From the NCBI GenBank assembly GCA_028534125.1, contig CM052851.1:17422001-17486000 (forward strand): DNA of 64,000 nt. The letters run 5' to 3'. The translations under genes were made by a program, and so were the position numbers. The notes beneath the pieces are model-generated. The model saw nothing but the letters and a program-made list of their open reading frames with translations. It ran no database searches and had not been told where the DNA came from. Every line of letters starts with the position of its first letter. The stretch's first letter is position 1. Source of the stretch: Lama glama. Taxonomy: Eukaryota. This document shows positions 63,380-64,000 of the stretch, piece after piece.

Positions 63380-64000
63380 TTCGAACTCCTTTATTTGGGG
63401 GATTACCCTTTGGATAAGTTATTTCAGAGAACAAATCTCCCAACCTCCTGATGGGTCTCTCATCTTCAGTGGAAACATCACTATTTTCAACCTATGTCAC
63501 TTTTCTTTAGAGTCAATAAAGCAGTGAAAAAGCTTTGCATATGAATACATAGTAGCAGGCTTTCTTTTTAAATTTTTATTTATTTACTGATCTATCAGAC
63601 CATCCATTACTCCTCAAAGAATTGAAGGTCACAAAGACATTTTTATTAGAGCAAACACAGTAGATGGTCTTCTTGATCCTTTAATTAAAGTTCTTGCTTA
63701 TTAGCTCTGGAAAAGCATGCTTTCATGTTGCTCAAAGAATATGTGGATTCTATTACTTTTTGAGTTTTGCTTCTATTTTAACACATTTGTTGAAGTTCAG
63801 GATCAGAATCATTGAAACCTGTTACATTCTGCATTGGCTTCAGAGATATTATGGTAACATTTTTGATAAAAGAACAACCTTTCTGCCTTATCTCAGACTT
63901 CTCCCTCAGTCTCCCTTTCCCTGCCACCAAAATAAAAAGTGGGAATAAGAAAGGAGTATGTCTTAAATTTTTTGTAACTCAGAGACATAAATTATCCTTA

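Noticed and set aside
1-64000. The ORFs of 60-175 aa in the supplied track as protein-coding genes
   Set aside because: No recognisable domains, many non-ATG starts, overlap with MIR/L2/LTR relics, microsatellites or N runs, and lengths expected by chance. Only L1 ORF2 remnants are real coding homology, and they are disrupted.
1-64000. Assignment of a host gene or locus name
   Set aside because: No exon or element was recognised with enough certainty; a genome alignment is needed.

Overview
This 64 kb window is eutherian, AT-rich, non-coding genomic DNA, either intergenic or deep intronic. It is most likely from a camelid (alpaca/camel): it carries a tRNA-headed SINE of Vic-1 type (38342-38471) and young L1 3' ends of cetartiodactyl type. 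I cannot support any intact protein-coding gene, RNA gene or prokaryotic feature. The supplied ORFs are chance frames, apart from decayed L1 ORF2 pieces near 61.1-61.9 kb; an L1-type ORF1 remnant near 3.3-3.7 kb is not in the track. A large part of the window is recognisable repeats: many MIR and L2 relics, old and young L1 fragments, MaLR/ERVL/ERV1 solo LTRs and hAT-Charlie DNA transposons. Between them lie several repeat-free, motif-dense blocks that look like enhancers, one near-consensus CTCF site and one well-formed candidate 67-nt minus-strand exon. There are four N gaps, three of them inside young L1s. The most unusual object is a 344-bp TSD-flanked element at 28693-29036. It consists only of the extreme 5' end of an L1 fused to the extreme 3' end of an L1, and the junction falls immediately after an AG in the L1 3' UTR. 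It is a candidate spliced or bipartite non-autonomous mini-L1. Repeat family names come from recalled consensus features rather than a database search, and boundaries of old repeats are approximate.
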